Source: Gaiellales bacterium | GTDB taxonomy: Bacteria > Actinomycetota > Thermoleophilia > Gaiellales > JAICJC01 | DNA: 43,535 nucleotides | Direction of reading: 5' to 3' | Assembly (NCBI GenBank): GCA_035639615.1 | Contig: DASQXS010000167.1 | Coordinates: forward strand, 1-43,535 | Part shown: positions 1 to 7,998 of the stretch, piece after piece | Layout: each line of letters opens with the position of its first letter | Numbering within the stretch: the first letter of the stretch is position 1 | Notes under the pieces: model-generated | Databases searched by the model: none | What the model was told of the DNA's origin: nothing | What the model saw: the letters and a program-made list of their open reading frames with translations, nothing else | Translations under genes and position numbers: made by a program

Positions 1-1070
1 CGCTGATCAGGCGCGGCGATGCCGAGCTCGGCGTGTTCGAGGTGGACGAGGCCGCGCTCGAGCACGTGGTGCCGGCGCTGCGCCCGCGCGTGCTCGGGCT
101 CGGCAACCTCTTCCGCGACCAGCTCGACCGCTACGGCGAACTCGAGGCCGTCGCCGCGCGCTGGCGACGGGTGGCGGAGGCGGCGAGCGGGCGGCTGGTG
201 CGAAACGCGGACGACCCGCTCGTCGCCTCGCTGCCGGCCGGCGGCGAGCCGCTCGCGTACGGGATCGACCACCCCGCTGCGGCGCTCGCCGCTCTCCCCC
301 ACGCGGCCGACTCCAAGTGGTGCGGGCGCTGCGGCGGCAGGCTCGAGTACGAGGCCGTCTATCTGGGTCATCTCGGGGCGTGGTCGTGCACCAGCTGCGG
401 CACGTCTCGCCCGGCGCTCGACGTGCGCGCCTCCGATCTCGCGTTTCACGGCCTCGACGCCACCGAGCTCACCCTCTCGACGCCGCTCGGGACGAGGCGC
501 CTGCGCATGCCCCTCCCCGGCCTCTACAACGTCTACAACGCGCTCGCGGCTGTCTCGCTTGGCTGCGCGCTCGGCGACGTCTCGCTCGACCGGATGGCGC
601 GCGGCCTGGAGGGGTTCGGGGCGGCGTTCGGACGGTTCGAGCGCATGGCGGTGAACGGCCGCCAGGCGGTGCTCGTGCTGGCGAAGAACCCCGCGGGCGC
701 GAACGAGGTGATCCGCACCCTGGCCACCGACCCCGAGCCCAAGGCGCTGGTCGTGGCCCTGAACGACCGCATCGCCGACGGCCGCGACGTCTCGTGGATC
801 TGGGACGTCGACTTCGAGCTCCTTGCCGGCGGAGTCGAGTCGGTCGTCACGTCCGGGACGCGCGCCGCCGAGATGGCGGTGCGGCTGAAGTACGCCGGCG
901 TCGATCCCGATCTCCTGCGTGTGGAGCCCGACCCGGCCGCCGCGCTCGACCTGAGCCTGGCTCGCGGCACGGGCCCCGTCTACGCGCTCACGACCTACAC
1001 GGCGATGCTCGAGCTGCGCGGCACCCTCACCCGGCGCGGCGTCGTCCCGCCGTACTGGGAGGCGGCGTGA
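1..1070 (+). CDS. murT: Lipid II isoglutaminyl synthase subunit MurT (Mur-ligase family), 5-prime truncated by the window edge
   Basis: The frame is open from nt 3 (LIRRGDAELGVFEVDEAAL...), so the M listed at 33 is an internal GTG. It has a Cys4 ribbon, CGRCGGRLEYEAVYLGHLGAWSCTSCG, and a DUF1727-type C-terminal domain (DGRDVSWIWDVDFE), both typical of MurT. Its stop overlaps the start of the partner gene gatD (GTGA). Confidence 0.85.
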   Translation, partial: LIRRGDAELGVFEVDEAALEHVVPALRPRVLGLGNLFRDQLDRYGELEAVAARWRRVAEAASGRLVRNADDPLVASLPAGGEPLAYGIDHPAAALAALPHAADSKWCGRCGGRLEYEAVYLGHLGAWSCTSCGTSRPALDVRASDLAFHGLDATELTLSTPLGTRRLRMPLPGLYNVYNALAAVSLGCALGDVSLDRMARGLEGFGAAFGRFERMAVNGRQAVLVLAKNPAGANEVIRTLATDPEPKALVVALNDRIADGRDVSWIWDVDFELLAGGVESVVTSGTRAAEMAVRLKYAGVDPDLLRVEPDPAAALDLSLARGTGPVYALTTYTAMLELRGTLTRRGVVPPYWEAA

Positions 1071-1792
1071 CCGACCTTCGCGTCTGCCACCTCTATCCCG
1101 ACCATCTCAACATCTACGCCGACCGCGGCAACATCGCCGTCTTCCGCTACCGCTGCGAACGGCGCGGGATCGGGTTCGAGGCGATCGGGAGCGGCCCGGG
1201 CGCGCCGCTGGCCGAGGCGGATCTCTACTACCTCGGCGGCGGGCAGGACCGCGACCAGCTGGCGATCGCCGACGACCTCGCCGGCAAGGCGGACGGCCTC
1301 CGTGCGGCCGTCGACGCCGGCGCCGCGCTCCTGGCGGTATGCGGCGGCTACCAGCTCCTCGGCCACGGATACCGCGGCCATGGCGGCGACGAGATGCGTG
1401 GCACCGGCATCGTCGACCTGGTCACGGAGGCCGGGCCCACCCGCATGATCGGGAACATCGAGATCCGCTGCGAGCTCGACCCCGGCGAGGAGATCACGGT
1501 CGTCGGCTTCGAGAACCACGCCGGCCGCACCTACCTCGGCGAGGGCGTCGAGCCGCTCGGCCGCGTCGTCCACGGCCACGGCAACAACGGCGCCGACCGC
1601 GGCGAGGGGGTGCGCGCCGGCCGCGTGATGGGGACGTACATCCACGGCCCGCTCCTGCCGAAGAACCCGGCACTGGCGGACTGGCTGATCGCGACGGCGC
1701 TCGAGCACCGCCACGGCCGCGTCCGTCTCGACCCGCTCGACGACGCGCTCGAGCTCGAGGCGCACCGGGTCGCCGCGCGCATCGCCGGGTAG
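1067..1792 (+). CDS. gatD: Glutamine amidotransferase GatD (CobQ/CobB-type GATase), partner of MurT
   Basis: It starts at an internal GTG at 1067 within ORF 317..1792, overlapping the murT TGA by 4 nt. The N-terminus reads VTDLRVCHLYPDHLNIYADRGN. The nucleophile Cys lies in LAVCGGYQLLG and the His in GTYIHGPLLPKNP. The upstream part of the track ORF is Arg/Pro-rich out-of-frame murT sequence. Confidence 0.85.
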   Translation: MTDLRVCHLYPDHLNIYADRGNIAVFRYRCERRGIGFEAIGSGPGAPLAEADLYYLGGGQDRDQLAIADDLAGKADGLRAAVDAGAALLAVCGGYQLLGHGYRGHGGDEMRGTGIVDLVTEAGPTRMIGNIEIRCELDPGEEITVVGFENHAGRTYLGEGVEPLGRVVHGHGNNGADRGEGVRAGRVMGTYIHGPLLPKNPALADWLIATALEHRHGRVRLDPLDDALELEAHRVAARIAG

Positions 1793-1798
1793 CCGGGG

Positions 1799-2140
1799 AT
1801 GGTGACCGTCGACGACGTCCGGGCGGTGGCGGGCGAGCTGCCGCGTTCCTACGAGGCGCTCGTCCGCGGCCGGGTCAAGTTCCGGGTCGGCCGGATCGTC
1901 TACCTGGCGTTCTCGCGCGACCAGCGGGTGATGGGCTTCGCCTTCCCCAAGGATGAGCGCGAGTACCTGGTGGGGACGGAGCCGGACAAGTTCCTCATGC
2001 CCGACCCGTCCGACCTCCGCTACAACTGGGTGCAGGTGCGGCTCGACGCGATCGACCTCGAGGAGATGCGCGGGCTCGTCATCGACGCCTGGAGCATGGT
2101 CGTCCCGAGGAGCGTGTCCGCGCCGTACGCTGAGCCGTAA
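1799..2140 (+). CDS. MmcQ/YjbR-family protein (small putative DNA-binding fold)
   Basis: 113 aa, with an ATG 6 nt after the gatD stop. The pattern ...GELPRSYEALVRGRVKFRVGRIVYLAF...RYNWVQVRLDAIDLEEMRGLVIDAWSMVVP matches my recollection of the YjbR/MmcQ family. The composition is normal for coding sequence. Confidence 0.65.
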   Translation: MVTVDDVRAVAGELPRSYEALVRGRVKFRVGRIVYLAFSRDQRVMGFAFPKDEREYLVGTEPDKFLMPDPSDLRYNWVQVRLDAIDLEEMRGLVIDAWSMVVPRSVSAPYAEP

Positions 2141-2153
2141 GCGGTGGTGCCGG

Positions 2154-2609
2154 TCAGCGGGACCAGAGCTCGCCGAGGTGGACGAAGGGGTCGCCGGGCC
2201 GCCATCGCTCGAGGAAGCGGTGGATCGGCGGGCGCAGGTCCATCGACGGGAGCTCCTGCATCGAGACGAGGCGATGGCCGCGCACGCTTCCGTCCTCCGA
2301 GGTGACGCTCTCGAGGCTCCGGCCGGAGACGTCGCCGTGGAAGATGATCTGGACGACGTGCTTTCGCGGGAGGAGGCCGGCCGGGGCGATCGACTCGACG
2401 ATCGCGATCGGGCCCTCCAGGGCGACGGCGTCGAGCGCGCACTCCTCGGCCAGCTCGCGCGCGAGGGCGACGTGGAGCGATTCCCCCTCCTCCACCCCGC
2501 CCCCTGGAAGCAACCAGTACGAGCGGTCGCCCTTGCGCTGCTCACACAGGAGCACCGAGTCGCCGTGCCGGAGCACGGCCGCGACGCGGATCCGGGGCGC
2601 GCCGCTCAC
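2154..2609 (-). CDS. NUDIX hydrolase
   Basis: The Nudix box GGGVEEGESLHVALARELAEECAL fits GX5EX7REUXEEXGU. 151 aa with a GTG start and a GAGG a few nt upstream. It converges on the MmcQ gene with a 13-nt gap. Confidence 0.85.
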   Translation of the reverse strand: MSGAPRIRVAAVLRHGDSVLLCEQRKGDRSYWLLPGGGVEEGESLHVALARELAEECALDAVALEGPIAIVESIAPAGLLPRKHVVQIIFHGDVSGRSLESVTSEDGSVRGHRLVSMQELPSMDLRPPIHRFLERWRPGDPFVHLGELWSR

Positions 2610-2660
2610 GTGCCTCGTACCTTCACGCGATCTCTCCTCCTGGTTAGTGCTTAACGCAGC

Positions 2661-3095
2661 TTAGTTGATCCCCGACGACCCGAACCCGCCCTCCCCCCGC
2701 CGGGTCTCGTCGAGCCGCTCCGCGCGCACGGGCCGGATGTCGGGTAGCGAGACGATCACGAGCTGTGCGATCCGGTCACCGCGGCGCACCGCAAACGAGG
2801 TCTGGCCGTCGGTGTTGTGCAGGATGACCCCAACCGGGCCGCGGAAGGGCGCGTCGATGAGGCCGGGCGTGTTCAGGACGGAGATCCCGTGATTGAGGGC
2901 GAGCCCCGATCGCGGCACGACCAGCCCGGCGCAGCCGGCCGGGATCGCGACCCGCAGGCCTGTCTTGACGAGCCGCCGCCCGCCGGGGGGGATCTCGACG
3001 TCCTCGATGCTTCGCAGGTCGAGCCCCGCGTCGCCGTCGTGGGCGGCCGTCGGCAGCTGCGCGCCGGCGTCGTCGAGGATGAACGGGACATCCAC
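2661..3095 (-). CDS. dut: dUTP diphosphatase (trimeric dUTPase)
   Basis: Only the C-terminal 144 codons of ORF 2661..3944 are dUTPase-like. They begin at GTG 3095, 8 nt after the hflX stop. Motifs present: AGLDL, PRSG, GLIDAPFRG, GDRIAQLV and RGEGGFGSSG. The N-terminal extension in the track is Arg-rich artefact that overlaps hflX. Confidence 0.9.
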   Translation of the reverse strand: MDVPFILDDAGAQLPTAAHDGDAGLDLRSIEDVEIPPGGRRLVKTGLRVAIPAGCAGLVVPRSGLALNHGISVLNTPGLIDAPFRGPVGVILHNTDGQTSFAVRRGDRIAQLVIVSLPDIRPVRAERLDETRRGEGGFGSSGIN

Positions 3096-3103
3096 GCCGT
3101 GCG

Positions 3104-4375
3104 TCAGACCCGGTAGGCGGCGAACCGGCCGAGAAGCTCGCGCGGGAGGCGGGCGGTCACGAGCACACCCTCGGCGGCGTCCTCGCGGGCGGTGATCGGC
3201 GCCCCGGTGCGGTAGAGCGCCGACAGCTCCGAGCCCTGCTCGTGCGGCACGAGCAGGCGGACGTCGACGTACCGGTCGGCGAAGAACTCCGCGATCCGGT
3301 GCTTCAGCTCGTCGAGGTTCTCGCCGGTCTGGGCCGACACGCCCACGGCGTCGGAGAAGCGGTTCCGCAGCCGCCGCCGCGACAGCTGATCGACAAGGTC
3401 GATCTTGTTCAGGACGAGGAGCTGCGGGATGCCGTCGGCGCCGATCTGGACGAGCACGTTTCCCACCTCGTCGAGCTGGGCCGTGAGCTCCTCCTCCCCC
3501 GCCGAGGCGTCCGCGACCAGCAGGATGAGGTCGCCGGCAAGCGTCTCCTCGAGTGTGGCGGCGAACGCCTCGACCAGGGTGTGCGGCAGCTTGCTGATGA
3601 ACCCAACGGTGTCGGTGATGAGGTACGCCCGGCCCTCCTCCCGGAACGCGCGCGTCGTCGGATCGAGCGTTTCGAAGAGGCGGTCGTCGACGCTGACGTC
3701 GGCGCCGGTGAGGGCGTTCAGGAGGGTCGACTTGCCGACGTTCGTGTACCCGGCCAGCGCGACGGCGGGCATGGCCGTGCGCGTCCGCTCGCGGCGCATG
3801 ACGTCGCGGCGCGCGGCCACGTTGCGGAGGCGCGTTTTGAGCAGCGCGACCCGCCGCCGCGCCATCCGCCGGTCGGACTCGAGCTGCGTCTCGCCGGGGC
3901 CGCGCGTCCCGACGCCGCCGCCGAGGCGCTCGAGGTGCTTCCACATCCCCCGCATCCGCTGCATCCCGTACTCGAGCTGGGCCAGCTCGACCTGCAGCTT
4001 CCCCTCGGCGGTGTGGGCATGCAGGGCGAAGATGTCGAGGATGACGGCCGTGCGGTCGACCACCCGCATCTGCAGGGCGTCCTCGAGCGCGCGCTGCTGG
4101 CGGGGCGCCAGCTCGTCATCGCAGGCGACGACCTCCGCGGCGACGTCGCCGGCCAGTCCGCGCAGCTCGTCGAGCTTCCCCGGGCCGAGGTACGAGCGCG
4201 GGTCGGGCCGGCGACGGTGCTGGGTGAGCGTGGCCACCGTCTCGACGGTGGCCGTACGGAGGAGCTCGCGCATCTCGGCGAGCCCGTCCGAGCCGTCGGA
4301 GCCGGGGGGAAGCGAGGCGATGATGACGCCGCGCTCGGGCGCCTGCTCGCGGAGCGCGGAGGACGGTACGGACAC
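3104..4375 (-). CDS. hflX: GTPase HflX
   Basis: 423 aa with an HflX N-terminal domain followed by a G domain (G1 GYTNVGKST, G3 DTVGF, G4 NKID). It lies downstream of dapF, as in mycobacteria. GTG start. Confidence 0.9.
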   Translation of the reverse strand: MSVPSSALREQAPERGVIIASLPPGSDGSDGLAEMRELLRTATVETVATLTQHRRRPDPRSYLGPGKLDELRGLAGDVAAEVVACDDELAPRQQRALEDALQMRVVDRTAVILDIFALHAHTAEGKLQVELAQLEYGMQRMRGMWKHLERLGGGVGTRGPGETQLESDRRMARRRVALLKTRLRNVAARRDVMRRERTRTAMPAVALAGYTNVGKSTLLNALTGADVSVDDRLFETLDPTTRAFREEGRAYLITDTVGFISKLPHTLVEAFAATLEETLAGDLILLVADASAGEEELTAQLDEVGNVLVQIGADGIPQLLVLNKIDLVDQLSRRRLRNRFSDAVGVSAQTGENLDELKHRIAEFFADRYVDVRLLVPHEQGSELSALYRTGAPITAREDAAEGVLVTARLPRELLGRFAAYRV

Positions 4376-4416
4376 GTCTGGAGTATACGAATCGCCCGCC
4401 GTCTCGACCCGGGCGC

Positions 4417-5586
4417 TCAGGCGACGCGCAGGTGCCGCTCGATTCGCAGGACCGCCTCGTGGAGGCGGTCATCCGCGACCGTGAGCGACAGACGGACGTA
4501 GCCCTCGCCGTTCGGCCCGTACGCCGACCCGGGCGAGACCACGACGTCGGCCTGCTCGAGGACGAGCTCGGCGAACGAGACGGCGGTGTGACCCTCCGGG
4601 ACGGGCACCCAGATGTAGATCGTGCCCTTCGGCGGCGGGACGTCCAGCCCGGCCGTGTGCAGCGCCTCGATCACGAGGTCGCGGCGGCGCCGGTAGACGT
4701 CGCGCATGCGGTCGACGTGCGCGTCACCCTCCTCGCCGAGCACGCGGGCGGCGGCGAGCTGGATCGCGTCGAACTGGCCCGAGTCGATGTTCGTCTTGAG
4801 CTTCCAGAGCGCCGCGATCATGTCGGCGTTCCCGACGGCGGCCCCGACCCGCCAGCCGGTCATGTTGTAGGCCTTCGAGAGCGAGAACATCTCGATGCCC
4901 GCCGCCCGGGCGTCGGGCGCGGCGAGGAAGCTCGGCGCCACGTAGCCGTCGAACGTGATCTCGGAATACGCGTTGTCGTGGACGACCGGCACGCCGCGGT
5001 CGAGCCCCAACCGGGCCAGGCGGGTGAAGAAGTCGTCCTCGACGACCGCGCCGGTGGGGTTGTTGGGGTAGTTGCAGAAGAGCAGGTTGGCCCGGTCGGA
5101 CGTCGTGCGCGGGATGCTGTCCAGATCCGGCAGGAACGCGTTCTCGGCGAGGAGCGGCATCAGCTCAGGCGTGCCGCCGGCGAGGAGCGGCGCCGACGTG
5201 TAGACGGGGTAGCCGGGATCCGCGGCGAGGCAGATGTCGCCCGGGTCGAGCATCGCAAAGGCGATATGGGCGACGCCCTCCTTGCCGCCGAGCAGCGGCA
5301 GCACCTCCCGCTCCGGGTCGACCTCGACGCCGAAGCGGCGCCGGTAGAACGCGGCCACCGCCTCCCGGAACTTCGCCAGGCCCCGGTTCGAGGGATAGCG
5401 GTGGGTGGCCGGGTCGCTGACCCACCGCTGTGCCTCCTCGACCAGGATGTCCGGGCTCGGCAGGTCGGGATCGCCGATGCCGAGCGAGATGACGTCGATT
5501 CCGGCGTGGCGGCGCTCGGCGACCTTGCGCTCGAGCTCCGCGAAGAGGTACGGAGGCAGCTCCTCGAGCCGCCGCGCCGGGCGCAC
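4417..5586 (-). CDS. dapL: LL-diaminopimelate aminotransferase (class I/II PLP aminotransferase, DapL type)
   Basis: LPPYLFAELERKV...DVISLGIGDPDLPSP...HRYPSNRGL..FREAVAAFY, NYPNNPTGAV and SLSKAYNMTGWRVG (PLP Lys) closely follow the DapL signature as I recall it. Its GTG start shares 1 nt with the dapF stop. Confidence 0.8.
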   Translation of the reverse strand: MRPARRLEELPPYLFAELERKVAERRHAGIDVISLGIGDPDLPSPDILVEEAQRWVSDPATHRYPSNRGLAKFREAVAAFYRRRFGVEVDPEREVLPLLGGKEGVAHIAFAMLDPGDICLAADPGYPVYTSAPLLAGGTPELMPLLAENAFLPDLDSIPRTTSDRANLLFCNYPNNPTGAVVEDDFFTRLARLGLDRGVPVVHDNAYSEITFDGYVAPSFLAAPDARAAGIEMFSLSKAYNMTGWRVGAAVGNADMIAALWKLKTNIDSGQFDAIQLAAARVLGEEGDAHVDRMRDVYRRRRDLVIEALHTAGLDVPPPKGTIYIWVPVPEGHTAVSFAELVLEQADVVVSPGSAYGPNGEGYVRLSLTVADDRLHEAVLRIERHLRVA

Positions 5587-6374
5587 TAGAGCGCCTCCAG
5601 ATCGGAGACGAAGGCGGCGGAGAACGCCCCGACGAGGACCTGCTCGACCGGACCTGTCAGCCGCACCGCCAGATCCGGCGAGACCTCGACCACGAGGTCG
5701 CCGCCGTCCGCGTGGACGGTGACCGGGCTCGCGGCCCGGCCGGCGACGACGGCGGCGACGGCCGCCGCGCTCGATCCCGACCCGGACGAGAGCGTCTCCC
5801 CCGCCCCGCGCTCCCAGACGCGCATGCGGATCTCGTGCTTGGAGACCGGGCGGTAGAACTCCACGTTCGTGCGGTTCGGGAACCAGGGATGGCGCTCGAT
5901 CGGCGCGCCGGCCGCCGCCAGGTCGAGCGCGTCGACGTCGGCCGCCTCGATGACGCAGTGCGGGTTCCCGAGCTCGACGAAGGTATAGGCGGGCGCCGGC
6001 GGGTCGCCGCCGTTCGGGCGGTGGTCGGGGCCGTCAAGCGCGGCCGCTCCCGCCTCGACCGTGACGGTCGCCCCGCCGACGGACGCGGCGACGGGGCCCT
6101 TCAGCGTCTCGAGCGCGACCTCGGTCACCCCGTCGCGGCCCCCGACATACGCAGCGGCGATGCGCGTGCCGTTGCCCGAGAACTCGGCCTCGGACCCGTC
6201 CGGGTTCAGGATCCGCACGCGGCGTCCGTCGATGACGAGGATGCCGTCCGAGCCGGCTCCAAGGTCGGCGTGGCAGATCCGGGCGACCCGCGCCGGCGTC
6301 AGCTCACAGGCGACCTCGGAGGCCTCGATGACGAGGTAGGCGTTGCCCGCTCCCTGCCACTTCTGGAACCGCAC
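5586..6374 (-). CDS. dapF: Diaminopimelate epimerase homolog (DapF fold) with Ser at both catalytic Cys positions
   Basis: MRFQKWQGAGNAYLVIE, NPDGSEAEFSGNGTR, GNPHCV and WERGAGETLSSGSGSSAAAV align with the DapF signatures. The two active-site Cys codons are TCG (6177-6179) and TCC (5784-5786). Synteny is miaA-dapF-hflX. Confidence 0.8.
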   Translation of the reverse strand: MRFQKWQGAGNAYLVIEASEVACELTPARVARICHADLGAGSDGILVIDGRRVRILNPDGSEAEFSGNGTRIAAAYVGGRDGVTEVALETLKGPVAASVGGATVTVEAGAAALDGPDHRPNGGDPPAPAYTFVELGNPHCVIEAADVDALDLAAAGAPIERHPWFPNRTNVEFYRPVSKHEIRMRVWERGAGETLSSGSGSSAAAVAAVVAGRAASPVTVHADGGDLVVEVSPDLAVRLTGPVEQVLVGAFSAAFVSDLEAL

Positions 6375-6666
6375 GGGCGGGCAGGATATCGGCCCGCCCC
6401 TCCGGGTGGAATCGCCACCCGGATGATCCCGAGGCGATCACCGCGAACGATGCGCGCGGCAGTCCAGGGCGCCTGATCAGAGACTACTTCAACGAGCGCT
6501 TCTTCGCGGTGCGGGCACACCGAGCCGGACGGGTGCAGGGCCGATCTAGCAGACCCTTCGTGGCGAGGCCTATTTCAGGGTGGGTGTCAGCTTCTGCTGC
6601 GGAGGCGAGACCGCGCTCTCGCCGGAGCGCGATGACGGTCCGGCTCGTGCCGTACGGAGGGGGCCC

Positions 6667-6690
6667 GTGGGGAACCCTGGGTTCCCCCAC
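6667..6690 (-). terminator. Hairpin directly after the stop of the small membrane-protein gene (possible intrinsic terminator without a U-tract)
   Basis: The minus-strand RNA reads GUGGGGGAAC-CCAGG-GUUCCCCAC: 9 bp with one bulged G and a 5-nt loop. It begins 1 nt after the TAA at 6692-6694. No U run follows. Confidence 0.35.
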
Positions 6691-6691
6691 G

Positions 6692-7093
6692 TTAAAAGTC
6701 GAGCGCCGCGCCCAGGAGGATCAGCGCGCCCAGGATCGCGCACACGAGGGCGAAGCCGATCACGACGGGCCAGGTCGTTGGCAGCCCAGCGACGAGCAGG
6801 ATTCCCGCGCCGAGGGCGATCGCCATCAGGCGCACGCGGCCGACGGCGTGCGGACGGGCGCGCAGGAAGCGGTGGCCGACGCGGTCGGCGAGGAGCAGGG
6901 ACGAGCCCAGCGTGCCCAGGAGCAGGACGGCGACCACGAGCGGGCCGAGGAGCCAGCGCAGCCACCCCTCGAGGTCGCCCGCCGCGACGGCGCCCAGCCC
7001 CGAGACGGCCGCGGCCACGGGGGCGACCGCGGCGAGGATGACGAGGGCGTCGCGCGCCTCGCGGACGGCGTCGTGCTCGGACGGCCTGGTCAC
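6692..7093 (-). CDS. Small integral membrane protein (about 4 TM helices), function unknown
   Basis: Hydrophobic A/L/V/G-rich segments are present. Minus-frame GC3 is about 95%, against about 78% for the co-registered plus-strand ORF 6509..7198. I prefer the GTG at 7093 because it forms a GTGA overlap with the miaA stop. The track start at 7099 is also a GTG. Confidence 0.6.
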   Translation of the reverse strand: MTRPSEHDAVREARDALVILAAVAPVAAAVSGLGAVAAGDLEGWLRWLLGPLVVAVLLLGTLGSSLLLADRVGHRFLRARPHAVGRVRLMAIALGAGILLVAGLPTTWPVVIGFALVCAILGALILLGAALDF

Positions 7094-7992
7094 AGCCACC
7101 CCGCGATCTCATCGGCGACCGCGTCGGGCGGGCGGGCGGCGTCGACCATGTGGACGTTCGGCAGGCGCCGCATCCAGGTGCGCTGGCGCTTGGCGTAGCG
7201 GCGCGTCCGCGTCTCGAGGCGGCGGGCGGCCTCCGCACGGTCGATCTCCCCCGCCAGGAGCGCCGTCACGTCCTGGAGGCCGTGGACGGCCTCGGCGGTG
7301 TGCGAGAACCGGTGGGCGGCGCGGGCGGCCCGCACCTCCTCCACGACCCCGCCCGCGAACATCGCCGCCGTCCGCCGCGCGATCCGGCCCGCGACCTGGT
7401 CGGCCCGGAGCTCGAGCCCGGCGATCACGGTCGGATGCCGGGTCGTCTCGGCCCATAGGACGTCCTCGGTTGGGGCCAGGCTCACTCCCAGCTCCGCCAG
7501 CTCGAGCGCGCGCACCACCCGGCGGCGATCGTTGGGATGGACGGCCGCGGCGGCGCGGGTGTCGACCGCGGCCAGCGCTGCGTGCGCGCCGGTCGCGCCG
7601 CGCTGGTCGTAGAGGTGCTCGAACGCCGCCCGTCGCGCGGCGGGCGGCTGCGGCGGGAGCGGCATATCGGCCACCGCCGCGCGCAGGTAGAGGCCGCTTC
7701 CGCCGCAGAGGATCGGGATGCGGCCGCGCGCCAGGATCTCGTCGATTGCCGCGTGGGCGAGGGACGCGTACTCGGCGACAGATCCCTCGTGCTCAGGCGG
7801 CCACACCGCAACGAGGTGGTGCGGGATGCGGCGGCGATCCTCCTCCGACGGCTGGTTCGTGAGCACCGGCAGGCCGCAGTAGAGCTGCATCGCGTCGCAC
7901 GAGACGATCTCGCCGCCGACGCGCGCCGCGAGCGACACAGCCACGGCGCTCTTCCCGGAGGCCGTCGGCCCGAAGATGGCAACGACCGTCAC
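7090..7992 (-). CDS. miaA: tRNA dimethylallyltransferase
   Basis: P-loop GPTASGKSAVAVSLA, then SCDAMQLYCGLPVLTNQPS. 300 aa, immediately downstream of miaB. Confidence 0.9.
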   Translation of the reverse strand: MTVVAIFGPTASGKSAVAVSLAARVGGEIVSCDAMQLYCGLPVLTNQPSEEDRRRIPHHLVAVWPPEHEGSVAEYASLAHAAIDEILARGRIPILCGGSGLYLRAAVADMPLPPQPPAARRAAFEHLYDQRGATGAHAALAAVDTRAAAAVHPNDRRRVVRALELAELGVSLAPTEDVLWAETTRHPTVIAGLELRADQVAGRIARRTAAMFAGGVVEEVRAARAAHRFSHTAEAVHGLQDVTALLAGEIDRAEAARRLETRTRRYAKRQRTWMRRLPNVHMVDAARPPDAVADEIAGWL

Positions 7993-7998
7993 GGCCGG

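Noticed and set aside
995-2545. 516-aa minus-strand ORF spanning gatD, the MmcQ-like gene and the NUDIX gene
   Set aside because: Its composition is Arg/Pro/Ala/Ser-rich low complexity. It is antisense or out of frame to three genes with clear family motifs, which is the typical long-ORF artefact of a high-GC genome.
6484-6690. 68-aa minus-strand ORF in the miaA-dapF gap
   Set aside because: GC3 by hand count is about 73% (background level), there is no SD, and the composition is artefact-like. I treat the region as non-coding.
6667-6690. Possible tRNA T-arm (GGGTTCCCCCAC) or tRNA gene near 6600-6690
   Set aside because: There is no GTTCGAATC/GTTCAAATC-type T-loop, no acceptor or anticodon arms could be folded, and the segment forms a simple hairpin after a stop codon.
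6509-7198. 229-aa plus-strand ORF overlapping the small membrane-protein gene in the same codon register
   Set aside because: Its apparent codon bias is the mirror of the minus-strand gene (plus GC3 about 78% against minus GC3 about 95%). The product would be a charged E/D/R/Q/G low-complexity chain, whereas the minus frame gives coherent TM helices.
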